Part shown: one piece after another, positions 47,197 through 56,158 of the stretch
How positions within the stretch are numbered: position 1 is the stretch's first letter
Layout of the letters: every line of letters begins with the position of its first letter
Source of the DNA: an uncultured Deferribacteres bacterium
Lineage (GTDB): Bacteria; Zhuqueibacterota; Zhuqueibacteria; Zhuqueibacterales; Geothermadaptataceae
DNA length: 64,000 nt
Assembly (NCBI GenBank): GCA_964014485.1
Contig: CAXHAT010000004.1
Location: 28,208 to 92,207 of the forward strand
Reading direction: 5' to 3'
Program-made: the position numbers and the translations under genes
Notes under the pieces: generated by a model
Databases searched by the model: none
Told to the model about the DNA's origin: nothing
What the model saw: the letters and a program-made list of their open reading frames with translations, nothing else

Positions 47197-49452
47197 CTAC
47201 TGAACCAAAATCATCTTCTTCTTTTCCGAAAACAACACCTGTCCATCCACCGAAGCTTCCAGCACATAAAAATACACGCCGCTCGCAAGTTTTCTAGACT
47301 TGCCGTCAAAGATCGTTTCATAAGAACCCGGCGTTTGCACAGCATCCACCAAAACGCCTGCCTCCCGCCCTGCCACGTCAAACACTTTCAATAAAACGTG
47401 CACCTGCTCTTTGAGCGCGTAGCGAATTTTTGTCGTTGGATTGAACGGATTTGGAAAATTCTGCGACAAAATAAATTGATCCGGGATCGTTTCATCGAAA
47501 TTTTTCACGCTCGTGGCCGTGCCGGTGATCGCTTCCATCCACATGTGCCAGCCGTCCGTTCCGGTTCCGGCTTGCCCCTGATCGCCCGTCCAGGCGTCGG
47601 ACATGTTCGACCACGCGCCGTTGCTGAACATTTCCCAATCTTCCGTGATGCGCCGTCCTAACAAGTCAGTAGCGGCGACGGCGACCGTATTTTGCGCAGC
47701 CTCGTCGTACTGGCCAAAATTCACGGCAACGAAAAAGTTCTTGCCAACCGTCAGCGGCGCTGAGAGTTGATGCCGCGTGGGAGATTCCGAAGTCGTGTTG
47801 TCTTCGTCGGCTTGCACATTTGCGAAGGAAAAAGTTTGCTTGTGCAGAGGCGCGCCAGTTGGGCCGCTTAGCGGATTGCCGTTGTAAATTTCGAGATCAT
47901 AGGTTCCGGTCAAACCGCTTTTTTTGTAAGAAAACCAGACGTTGACTTCGGTCAAATTCGCCTGATTCAACCCGGACGGCAATGTCAGAGCCGAAGCCTT
48001 TGCTCGGTCATTGTATCCGTTCCGCCCGTGGATGTATTGATTGTTGCCGTCCGTCCAAAGCAACTGCCGCGCGTGCTGTAGATCGACGTTCGTGAAACGA
48101 TTTGCGCCGCCCGGCGGGTTGATGACTTCCCCTTCAATTCCCCAACTTGGCGCAGTGGCGTTCTGGGCAAGAAGCCGTTGATCCGTGCCGTCCGCTTTCA
48201 TGATCCACAAATCGATGCCCAAAACTTCGTAGAATTCTCCAAAGCTGCTCACCTTCTCATAAACGATGTATTCGCCGTCCGGTGAAAAGTCCATTCCACC
48301 GACCCACGTATTCTGAAAATCCAAAAAATCGGTAAACTGATTTGTCGCAAAGTCGAATTTCCTGATATTTGTATGCTGCAAAAAATCATAGGCGTTGGCC
48401 GTGAGGAAACCGCTGGCGTCCGGCAGCCAGGTCAACCCGAAGAATCGATTGTCAGCGTGAATGGAACCAAGCGATTCCGGTAATTGTGAGTCGCCGACAT
48501 GACCGGTATAGAAACGAAAGACATCGTCCAAAGGTGTTAAGTCTTCGTCCAGCATGTACAAAAATCTGTCGGGCTCCGACGGCAGCGGCGAAAACTCAAA
48601 CGCCTTGAAAAAATTGAGTTCCGGAGGACGCTCCGCGAATTTGAGTATGTCAATTCCGTGCGAATTCGGCGCTGCGTCCGCATCGATCATGTAGAAAGCC
48701 GCGCCGCCTGAAAATTGATAGCCAATGCTTTGACCGTCGCTGCTCCAGGTCGCTCCGTAGGCGCCGTAATTCTGAAAGCCGTTGACGCTGTGAATCTCAA
48801 ATCGCGAAAGCGCGGTCACGTTTTCCCCTGGCTTGACATCGACATACGTCGCGGGATAAACAAACGTAAATGGCGGGCTATGCACTGTGATGAACTGATT
48901 AACGCCTTCGCCGAAATCGGCCACATTGTCAATTGTTATCGTCTCCGTAAAGCTGTTTGAAAGACTGACTTGCACCACTTCCGGCGCGCCGGCGACGTAG
49001 ATAAAAAAGACAAAGCGATCTATGAGAAAATTCACGATCTCAAATGTCACGCTGCCTTTTGGGTAATTGTCCAGATCTTCAGGATTTGGGCCGTTCGTCA
49101 CACGCTGTAAAGTGCCGCCGTCGGATTCTATGGTATAAAGATCAGATTGATAGAGCGATTTGGATAAGTCAAAATCGCTGGTAAACGCGATTCGCGTCCC
49201 GTCAAGGTTCCACTCTGGCCCGCCGGTGACCGTCCAGGGATCGTCGGGGTTTGGCACTTGCCAGAGCAAGCGGTCATTTGAGCCGTCGGCTTCGATAAGG
49301 CGGATTTGCTTACGGTCAAAAGTTTGAAAAGCGATTGCGCCTTCAGGCGATTGTGAAAAAAGCGAGCTTGTCCAAATAAGCGTCGTTGTCAAAATCGTGA
49401 AAACTGCTTTTCCAGCGTGGTGCAAGAAATCAATTGCGTCTGATTTTGTCAT
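47197..49452 (-). CDS. Secreted TolB-like beta-propeller protein with T9SS-type C-terminal sorting domain
   Basis: PD40-like repeats (P.W..DG..IAF, FSPDG..IVY, DLWIM..DG); tail LSQNFPNPFNPTT..SGVYFY..KKM.L. Confidence 0.8.
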   Translation of the reverse strand: MTKSDAIDFLHHAGKAVFTILTTTLIWTSSLFSQSPEGAIAFQTFDRKQIRLIEADGSNDRLLWQVPNPDDPWTVTGGPEWNLDGTRIAFTSDFDLSKSLYQSDLYTIESDGGTLQRVTNGPNPEDLDNYPKGSVTFEIVNFLIDRFVFFIYVAGAPEVVQVSLSNSFTETITIDNVADFGEGVNQFITVHSPPFTFVYPATYVDVKPGENVTALSRFEIHSVNGFQNYGAYGATWSSDGQSIGYQFSGGAAFYMIDADAAPNSHGIDILKFAERPPELNFFKAFEFSPLPSEPDRFLYMLDEDLTPLDDVFRFYTGHVGDSQLPESLGSIHADNRFFGLTWLPDASGFLTANAYDFLQHTNIRKFDFATNQFTDFLDFQNTWVGGMDFSPDGEYIVYEKVSSFGEFYEVLGIDLWIMKADGTDQRLLAQNATAPSWGIEGEVINPPGGANRFTNVDLQHARQLLWTDGNNQYIHGRNGYNDRAKASALTLPSGLNQANLTEVNVWFSYKKSGLTGTYDLEIYNGNPLSGPTGAPLHKQTFSFANVQADEDNTTSESPTRHQLSAPLTVGKNFFVAVNFGQYDEAAQNTVAVAATDLLGRRITEDWEMFSNGAWSNMSDAWTGDQGQAGTGTDGWHMWMEAITGTATSVKNFDETIPDQFILSQNFPNPFNPTTKIRYALKEQVHVLLKVFDVAGREAGVLVDAVQTPGSYETIFDGKSRKLASGVYFYVLEASVDGQVLFSEKKKMILVQ

Positions 49453-49464
49453 AATTTCCTCACT

Positions 49465-49824
49465 CTAATTGGAAGCGTTTTGCATAAAATGAACGAGGCC
49501 GCCCAGATCATCTTTCGCGAAAGAAGCCCGAGCGCCAACGTCATTTGCCGCCAGACGATACTCCGATTCATTACAATGACTCAGAATGATGATTTTAGCG
49601 CCGGGATGATTGCGCAAGATTTCGCGGGTCGCCGAAACGCCGTCGAAGCCTTGCAGCCGGACATCCATAATCACCCAGTCCGGCTGAAGCGCTGGATAGC
49701 GTTTTACGGATTCAGCTCCGTTTGCGTATTCGTGAAACGTCATGGTTCCGCGAAGCTGATCTTGCAAAACCTTGACGATCATTTTTCGCATCCGCGCATT
49801 ATCATCGACGATCATTATCTTCAT
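49465..49824 (-). CDS. Single-domain response regulator (REC)
   Basis: IMIVDDN, MDVRL..DG, IIILS, AKD. Confidence 0.85.
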   Translation of the reverse strand: MKIMIVDDNARMRKMIVKVLQDQLRGTMTFHEYANGAESVKRYPALQPDWVIMDVRLQGFDGVSATREILRNHPGAKIIILSHCNESEYRLAANDVGARASFAKDDLGGLVHFMQNASN

Positions 49825-49986
49825 ATCCAAGCCTGTGTTGGCTTAGAATAATGATCGGGGCGGGAAAAATCTATCGGGGGGAGTGCGTAAATTAAGGCCG
49901 GGAAGAATGCTGACAATTTCTAAGCAGAAGTGCTCAGAAGATGATCATTTTTACATGCAGCAATGGATTGGTGAAAACGAAACCGT

Positions 49987-50020
49987 CAATATTCCAATAA
50001 TCCAACACTCCATTAATCCA
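49987..50020. repeat. Degenerate 8-nt tandem repeat (TCCA-containing units)
   Basis: CAATATTCCAATAATCCAACACTCCATTAATCCA. Confidence 0.5.
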
Positions 50021-50075
50021 TCATGACGTTGCACCAAGCTATCGACAATTATTGCAAGCGTCTGTTTTTGACGGA

Positions 50076-50741
50076 TCAGTCAATCGCCATGAGGCTTGAG
50101 CGGTTTTGCAGGGCGAATTCAAGCAGCTTGTTGTGTCCCCGGAGATTGAGTTTTTGAGAGATGTTGTTGCGGTGGGTTTGCACAGTTCGAAAACTGATGT
50201 GCAACGCGGCGGCAATTTCCTTGCTGGTCTTATTGACCGAGAGCAATTTGAGCACGCGCTTCTCTGCCTCCGTGAGCAACGTCAAGCCTTCCTGTTCGTC
50301 CAGCAGCTTGCGTGTTTTGGCGCTCCGGCGAACGAGATATTGCGACAAAGCCGGGCTTACGTAGTACTGTTTTTTTGCAATCGCCCCCAGGCAGTTGAGC
50401 AATTCGGAAACCGCGTTCTCTTTCAGCAAATATCCCAAAACTCCGGCGTCCAGCGCCTGATTGAGATATTCTTCATCATCGTACATCGTCAAAATCACGA
50501 CTTTCGTCGGGAGGTTTTGCTCGCGAATTTTGCCGGCGATTTCCAGGCCGTTTAATCCGGGCATGGTGACGTCCAGGATTGCGATTTCAGGCTGACACGA
50601 TTGAATCTCACGCCATGCTTCGTCGCCGCGCCCGGCTTGCCCGACAATTTCAATCTTACCGTTTTCTTCGAGAATTCTGATCAAACCTTCGCGAAAAATG
50701 GTGTGGTCGTCCGCGATGAAAACTTGCATAAGTCTGCTCAT
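50076..50741 (-). CDS. NarL/LuxR-family response regulator
   Basis: ADDH..FREG, LDVTMP, LTMY, GYLLK; HTH LT..E..VL...KEIA..L.IS..TV..HR.NI..KL. Confidence 0.93.
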   Translation of the reverse strand: MSRLMQVFIADDHTIFREGLIRILEENGKIEIVGQAGRGDEAWREIQSCQPEIAILDVTMPGLNGLEIAGKIREQNLPTKVVILTMYDDEEYLNQALDAGVLGYLLKENAVSELLNCLGAIAKKQYYVSPALSQYLVRRSAKTRKLLDEQEGLTLLTEAEKRVLKLLSVNKTSKEIAAALHISFRTVQTHRNNISQKLNLRGHNKLLEFALQNRSSLMAID

Positions 50742-50754
50742 AAACTGTTTATTA

Positions 50755-50930
50755 ACTGATGTTACGCGACAGCAGCGACGCCGTAGAAACTCTCGTCAAA
50801 GTCATTCCCGCGCAGGCGGGAATCCAAGGGCTGTGCGCGATTGATTGGATTCCCGCCTGCGCGGGAATGACGTAAAAGTGACATTTCTCAGGTGCTATCC
50901 GGAAAATTTCCGAGAGTGCGTAACATCAGT
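50755..50930. mobile_element. MITE family B, copy 2 (176 bp)
   Basis: Perfect TIR ACTGATGTTACGC/GCGTAACATCAGT; TATTA direct repeat on both sides; inner perfect 27-bp inverted repeat GTCATTCCCGCGCAGGCGGGAATCCAA (50801..50827 / 50845..50871). Confidence 0.82.
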
Positions 50931-51045
50931 TATTATTCAACTGGTGCTTCTATCTGTCAATCAGGAATCAATTTTGACAAATTCAGGGGGTTGGCAAAAT
51001 AGATTTCTCCTGAATGACATACTCCCGAGGTAGTGAAAAAAGATT

Positions 51046-54000
51046 TCACGAAACCGGTATTTGCACAAAAACCTCCGTGCCGCGCCCAAGTCGAGAGAGA
51101 ATTTTGTGCCGACCGCCGAGGATACGCACGCGCTCGGCTAATCCAAACAAGCCAAAACCGCCGTTTATACCAGGACTTTCCGCAGCCTTAAACCCTTTGC
51201 CGTCATCGATAATCGTCAACTCAATCCGCTCGGATCGGAGCAGGCAGCGTACCGTGATTTTCACCGCTTCCGAATGTTTGACGGCGTTGCTCAACGCTTC
51301 CTGGACAATGCGATAAATGTGAATTTCGCGATCCTTTGAAAGCACATTGTCAATGTTTTCTATTTCCGTTTCGAATTCAATCTTTGAGGTTTGCGAAAGT
51401 TTATTGACAATTGATTTGATCGCCAGCCGCAAACCAAGGCTTTCCAATTGGTGCGGATGCAGGTCGTAGGCGATTTGCCGCACATCGTTGACGGCTTCCT
51501 GCGTAATCTCGGAAATCTCGCTCAATTCGCCGCCTTCGTTTTTCGCTTTTGAAAAGTCTTTTTTCAAGAACTCCAGCCCGTTTTTGATCAGCAGCAAATC
51601 TTGCCCGAGCCCGTCGTGCAATTCCCGTCCAATGCGTTTCCGCTCTTGTTCCTGAACCTCGATTAAACGCTTTGAAAACGCTTCCTGCGCTTGTTTCGCT
51701 CGACGCAAGGCGCCTAGCCGCCAGCGAAAAACCGCGGCAATAATCGCCAGAAACAGTAGAACGATCAATACACGAAACCAGGCGCGCTCCCAAAACGGCG
51801 GCAGGACGATAAGCTCAATGGCCAGTCCCGTTTCATTCCAGACGCCGTCATTATTCGAACCTTTCGCCCGAAAAACATACTCGCCCGGATCAAGGTTCGT
51901 ATAAACCGCTGTTCGTCGCGCTCCGCTGTACACCCAGTCTTCGTTATAGCCTTCCAGCATATAAGCGTATTCATTCGCGTCCGAATTGGTGAAATTCAGT
52001 GCGGCGAATTCAAAAGAGACGTCATTTTGATCGTAATCCAGCGTAATCGTACGCATCTTTGAAACATCGCGATCGAATTGCATTTTCTTGTCGAACAAGC
52101 GGAATTCGGTTAAAACCACCGGCGGCACATACTCGTTCCGACGAACGACGTCCGGTTTGAAATAGGTGACGCCGTCCGGGCCGCCAAAATAGAGCGTGCC
52201 GTCGCTGGCGCGGTGATAAGACCGCCGATTGAATTCTTTTCCTTGCACGCCGTCCTTCAAGTCGAAATGCATCGTCGCTTCCGGCTTCGGATTTTGAGGG
52301 TCAAAAAGGTACAAGCCGTTGTTGCTGCTCAACCACAACTTGCCGTCGCCGTTGGGCAGGACGCCTTTGATAAATCCGTTCGGCAGCCCGGCGTCTTCAA
52401 GGTAATGCGCAAACTGATCGGTCTCGGGGTCGAGTGAGCTCAGTCCCAATTCCGTTCCGAGCCATAGAATGCCGCTCGGGTCTTCATAGAGCGCCCATGC
52501 TTCATCGAGAAAACCGGCCTGGGGATTGCGAGATTGACGATGATAAACTTTGAGTGAATCCGTTTTCGGGTCATAGAGCTGCAATACGTCGCTGCCGAAC
52601 CAGATTTTTCCATTTTGAGAAGGGTGTGCAACGTGAACGTGTCTTTTGTAAACCCGCTCCATCTTAGTCTTTGAAAGCGCCATTATGAGCGCCTGTTTAT
52701 CAGCGTTTGCAGCGGAAAAATCCGGCGGGAAATCGAACGTCATCCTGACGGCGCCTCTGCTGCCGGTAAACCAGAGTCCGCCCTCCTGATCTTCACACCA
52801 GGACATCACGAAATGTTGGCGCAGCAATTGATGATCTTGCAAAAAGTCGTCATCGGCAAGCATAATACCCGCTTCCGGCAGATACACGTTAACGCCGTTT
52901 GGCGTGCCGATCCAGACAAGTCCGCGACTGTCTTCATAAACCGACCAAATCAATGCTTCTTTAAATCCCGTAGCCGTGCCCGGCGCTAATTTTCGGTGAG
53001 TAAAACGGTTGGTTTTTGGATCCCAGCCGGCCAGCCCGCTCCGGATCGTCCCAAACCACATCCGCCCCCCTTTGCCCTCGGCAATACCAAAAATAAAACT
53101 GTCGATCAGACTGTTTGAAACGTTCGGCTTTCGGCGCAGCAATCCAAACGTCGGACGATCAAACTCCAGGCGTTCGAGAGAATTATCCGTTCCAACCCAC
53201 AATGCTCCGGCGCGGTCTTCTTCAATGGCAAAAATGGCATTGCTTGCCAGACCTTGCGGCTCGTCGACTTGATAGAAAAAACGCGAAAAGTCGTTCGTTC
53301 CCGGCTCAAACCTGTTCAAGCCGCCTTGCGCCGTCGCGATCCACAAACGATCTCTGCTGTCTGAGAACAAAAGTCGGACTTCGTTATCGCCGAGGGAGCG
53401 CGGGTTTTGTGAATCGTGTCGGAAGCGCGTCATTGTCGCGTCAATCCGATTAAAGCGAACCAAACCATAGCCAAAGGTTGCGACCCACAAAAAATCCGAG
53501 TTAAGCGGATCAGGGCGAATATCCTGTATCTTGTTATTAAAAATCCCTGATTCCGGCCTGACGCCGAAGCCAATCTCAAATTGCGAAAACGTTTCATTCT
53601 TGGGATCGAAGCGGTTGAGTCCGCGATGCGTGCCAATCCAAATATAACCGTCGATGTCTTCACAAACGCCCATGACGATGTCATGATCGATGCTACGGGG
53701 ATCATTTTTATCAGCAATGAACGATTTGAACGTTCCCGTTTTGCGATCAAAACGATGCAAGCCATAGGTCGCAGCGATCCACAAATCGCCGCCGCTGTCT
53801 TCAAAAATTTTGCGGATTGAGCGGCTCCAAAGAGCTGTAGAATCTCGCGGACTTCTTCGATAACGCACAAATACTTCACGGTCGCGCAAAAATCTGTTCA
53901 ACCCGGCCTTGCGCGTGCCGATCCATAAGTTGTTTTCTGAATCTTCAAAAAGACACTCCACCCAATTTCCGCCGAGAGAGGTGCTGTCGAAAACGTTGTT

Positions 54001-54243
54001 TTTATACACGCGGAAGGTAGTGCCGTCGAATTTGTGCAGGCCTTCCATCGTGCCCACCCAGATAAACCCCAAATGATCTTCCAAAATCGCCGTCGCCGTT
54101 GCTTGATGCATGCCGTCGTTGACGCCGTAGCGCGTGAATCGCACCGATTCTTGCTGGCCAAAACAGAATGCGCAGTGCGACAAGGTCACAATAAATGAGG
54201 TGGTGAGTCGGCTACAAAGGCTTTTATTTGAACACGAAATCAT
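51046..54243 (-). CDS. Sensor histidine kinase: Reg_prop beta-propellers - Y_Y_Y - TM - HisKA_3 - HATPase
   Basis: Repeated ED..G.LW.GT..GL, Y.Y.LEG..YTNL.PG.Y.F, ERKRI.RELHD..GQ, QEA..N..KHS, DDG.G; start uncertain (up to 54312). Confidence 0.92.
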   Translation of the reverse strand: MISCSNKSLCSRLTTSFIVTLSHCAFCFGQQESVRFTRYGVNDGMHQATATAILEDHLGFIWVGTMEGLHKFDGTTFRVYKNNVFDSTSLGGNWVECLFEDSENNLWIGTRKAGLNRFLRDREVFVRYRRSPRDSTALWSRSIRKIFEDSGGDLWIAATYGLHRFDRKTGTFKSFIADKNDPRSIDHDIVMGVCEDIDGYIWIGTHRGLNRFDPKNETFSQFEIGFGVRPESGIFNNKIQDIRPDPLNSDFLWVATFGYGLVRFNRIDATMTRFRHDSQNPRSLGDNEVRLLFSDSRDRLWIATAQGGLNRFEPGTNDFSRFFYQVDEPQGLASNAIFAIEEDRAGALWVGTDNSLERLEFDRPTFGLLRRKPNVSNSLIDSFIFGIAEGKGGRMWFGTIRSGLAGWDPKTNRFTHRKLAPGTATGFKEALIWSVYEDSRGLVWIGTPNGVNVYLPEAGIMLADDDFLQDHQLLRQHFVMSWCEDQEGGLWFTGSRGAVRMTFDFPPDFSAANADKQALIMALSKTKMERVYKRHVHVAHPSQNGKIWFGSDVLQLYDPKTDSLKVYHRQSRNPQAGFLDEAWALYEDPSGILWLGTELGLSSLDPETDQFAHYLEDAGLPNGFIKGVLPNGDGKLWLSSNNGLYLFDPQNPKPEATMHFDLKDGVQGKEFNRRSYHRASDGTLYFGGPDGVTYFKPDVVRRNEYVPPVVLTEFRLFDKKMQFDRDVSKMRTITLDYDQNDVSFEFAALNFTNSDANEYAYMLEGYNEDWVYSGARRTAVYTNLDPGEYVFRAKGSNNDGVWNETGLAIELIVLPPFWERAWFRVLIVLLFLAIIAAVFRWRLGALRRAKQAQEAFSKRLIEVQEQERKRIGRELHDGLGQDLLLIKNGLEFLKKDFSKAKNEGGELSEISEITQEAVNDVRQIAYDLHPHQLESLGLRLAIKSIVNKLSQTSKIEFETEIENIDNVLSKDREIHIYRIVQEALSNAVKHSEAVKITVRCLLRSERIELTIIDDGKGFKAAESPGINGGFGLFGLAERVRILGGRHKILSRLGRGTEVFVQIPVS

Positions 54244-54369
54244 ACGCTCAATATAGGTAGAAATCCAACGAGCCGTAAAGAGCCATAAAACAAAACCGAT
54301 TTTACTGAGCAACCACTCTGAACGTAGGGCGCTTTCTTCTTGCGTGTTTCAAGACCTACACCCAGCTTC

Positions 54370-54570
54370 TCTCTACGTGACACTTTTTGTAAACTGTATT
54401 TTCGAGCCGTCGAAAGGTCTCGTTTTGTCATTCTGCAAGAGTCTTTGTTATCGCCCGGTACTGATCATGCTCAAAAGCTCAAGGATCGGATCAAAAAAGA
54501 CCTCTCCAGCATGACAATTCCGGCCTCTTTCGCCAGTTTTAGAACCTATACAAAAAGTGTCAGGTAGCGA
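54370..54570. mobile_element. MITE family A, copy 2 (201 bp, inverted relative to copy 1)
   Basis: TIR CTACGTGACACTTTTTGTA / TACAAAAAGTGTCAGGTAG; eroded 10-bp TSD ACCCAGCTTC vs ATCCAGTTTT (7/10, all C/T differences). Confidence 0.8.
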
Positions 54571-54712
54571 ATCCAGTTTTGAAAGCTTGTAGGTCATCAT
54601 CGATAATTCCAAGATCTTCGATGCTGCTTTTCAAAAGAACCTGAGCGAAAGCGATCACGGTATTGCAAGCCGAATCGACCGCATAATTCTTCAATCAAAT
54701 GAGAGCTTCTCA

Positions 54713-56158
54713 ATGAATAAAACCAAACTTGCCTTTGCCCTGGCGCTGCTGTTTTTGACGAGTTGTACAAAAAATGAAAGCGCGAATCCGTCCGCGGAAC
54801 GCATTGCGGCGATTGAGAACGGCTTAACGCCTTCCAGAATTCTCGCTTCCGACACACGTGAATCATTTAACATTTATGAACGCATGGCGAAGCACAACGT
54901 GCCCGGCGTCAGCATCGCCGTAATTCGCAACAATGAAATCGAATGGGCCAAAGGCTATGGTCTGCGTGACAAAGCCGTCGGCGATTCCGTCACCAGCGAG
55001 ACGCTTTTTCAAGCCGCTTCCATCAGCAAGCCGGTTGCAGCAGTGGGTGCGCTGACTTTGGTCGAAGCCGAAAAGGTGGCGTTGGATGAAAACGTCAACG
55101 ACCAAATGAAAAGTTGGCGCCTGCCTGAGAATGGTCTGACCGAATCCGAAAAAGTGACTCTGCGACGCTTAGTTTCCCACAGCGCGGGCTTAACCGTACA
55201 CGGATTTCGCGGCTATGCCAAAGGCGAAAACGTCCCGTCAACAACAGAAGTTCTGGACGGCAACGGCCCGGCCAACTCAGCGCCGGTGCGCGTTGACTTA
55301 ACGCCCGGCTCTGAATGGCGCTACTCCGGAGGCGGCTATACCGTCATGCAATTGCTGGCGCAAGACGTCAGCGGTGAAGGCTTTGTCGATTTTATGCAAA
55401 AGAACGTGCTCGACAAAATCGGTATGAACAACAGCAGCTATGAACAGCCTCTGCCCGAAGCCAAACATGCACAAGCCGCGACGGGCTATCGCGGCAACGG
55501 TAAAAAAGTGACGGGAGACTGGCACACCTACCCGGAAATGGCCGCTGCCGGGCTGTGGACGACTCCGACGGATTTGGCAAAATTTGCTATTGAAATCATC
55601 AAAGCCAACGCGGGAGAGTCAAAAAAAGTGATCTCGCAAGAGATGACCCAAAAGTTGCTGGAGCGGCAAAGCGGCAATTATGGTTTAGGCGTTAGTTTGC
55701 GTGAAAGCGGCGCTTTCGGGCACGGCGGGGCAAATGAAGGCTTTCGCTGCATGTTGATCGCTTATCCTGATCGCGGCGAGGGCGCGGCGGTAATGACCAA
55801 CAGCGACAACGGCGGCGCTTTAGCGGCGGAAATTTTGAACGCCGTCTCTGCCGCCTACGATTGGCCGGACTACAAGCCTGAAATTCTAGAGACGGCAACC
55901 ATTTCGCAAGAACGCCTTGAACAACACGCCGGTGAATATTTCCTGGAAGACAATTCGCAAATCACACTTACGCTCAAAGTCGGCGAAAACAAACTGATCG
56001 CCAAGGTTTCGATCATGTCGGATGCAATGATCTTTCACCCGCAGAAACAGGACGAATTTTTCACATTGTCAAATCCCGCCCGTTTGCATTTTCCAGCGGA
56101 AGGCCCGGACGCCGTCATTCGCGGCATGGGTCCGGAACGGAATTTTATTCGGAAGTAA
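54713..56158 (+). CDS. Serine hydrolase, beta-lactamase/AmpC-like fold, lipoprotein
   Basis: F.AASISK (SxxK), LVSHSAG, YSGGG, FGHGG; LTSC lipobox. Confidence 0.88.
   Translation: MNKTKLAFALALLFLTSCTKNESANPSAERIAAIENGLTPSRILASDTRESFNIYERMAKHNVPGVSIAVIRNNEIEWAKGYGLRDKAVGDSVTSETLFQAASISKPVAAVGALTLVEAEKVALDENVNDQMKSWRLPENGLTESEKVTLRRLVSHSAGLTVHGFRGYAKGENVPSTTEVLDGNGPANSAPVRVDLTPGSEWRYSGGGYTVMQLLAQDVSGEGFVDFMQKNVLDKIGMNNSSYEQPLPEAKHAQAATGYRGNGKKVTGDWHTYPEMAAAGLWTTPTDLAKFAIEIIKANAGESKKVISQEMTQKLLERQSGNYGLGVSLRESGAFGHGGANEGFRCMLIAYPDRGEGAAVMTNSDNGGALAAEILNAVSAAYDWPDYKPEILETATISQERLEQHAGEYFLEDNSQITLTLKVGENKLIAKVSIMSDAMIFHPQKQDEFFTLSNPARLHFPAEGPDAVIRGMGPERNFIRK

Noticed and set aside
54713..56158. 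Beta-lactam resistance gene
   Set aside because: It has YSG and HGG instead of the AmpC YxN/KTG motifs, so it is a generic serine hydrolase; resistance is not supported.
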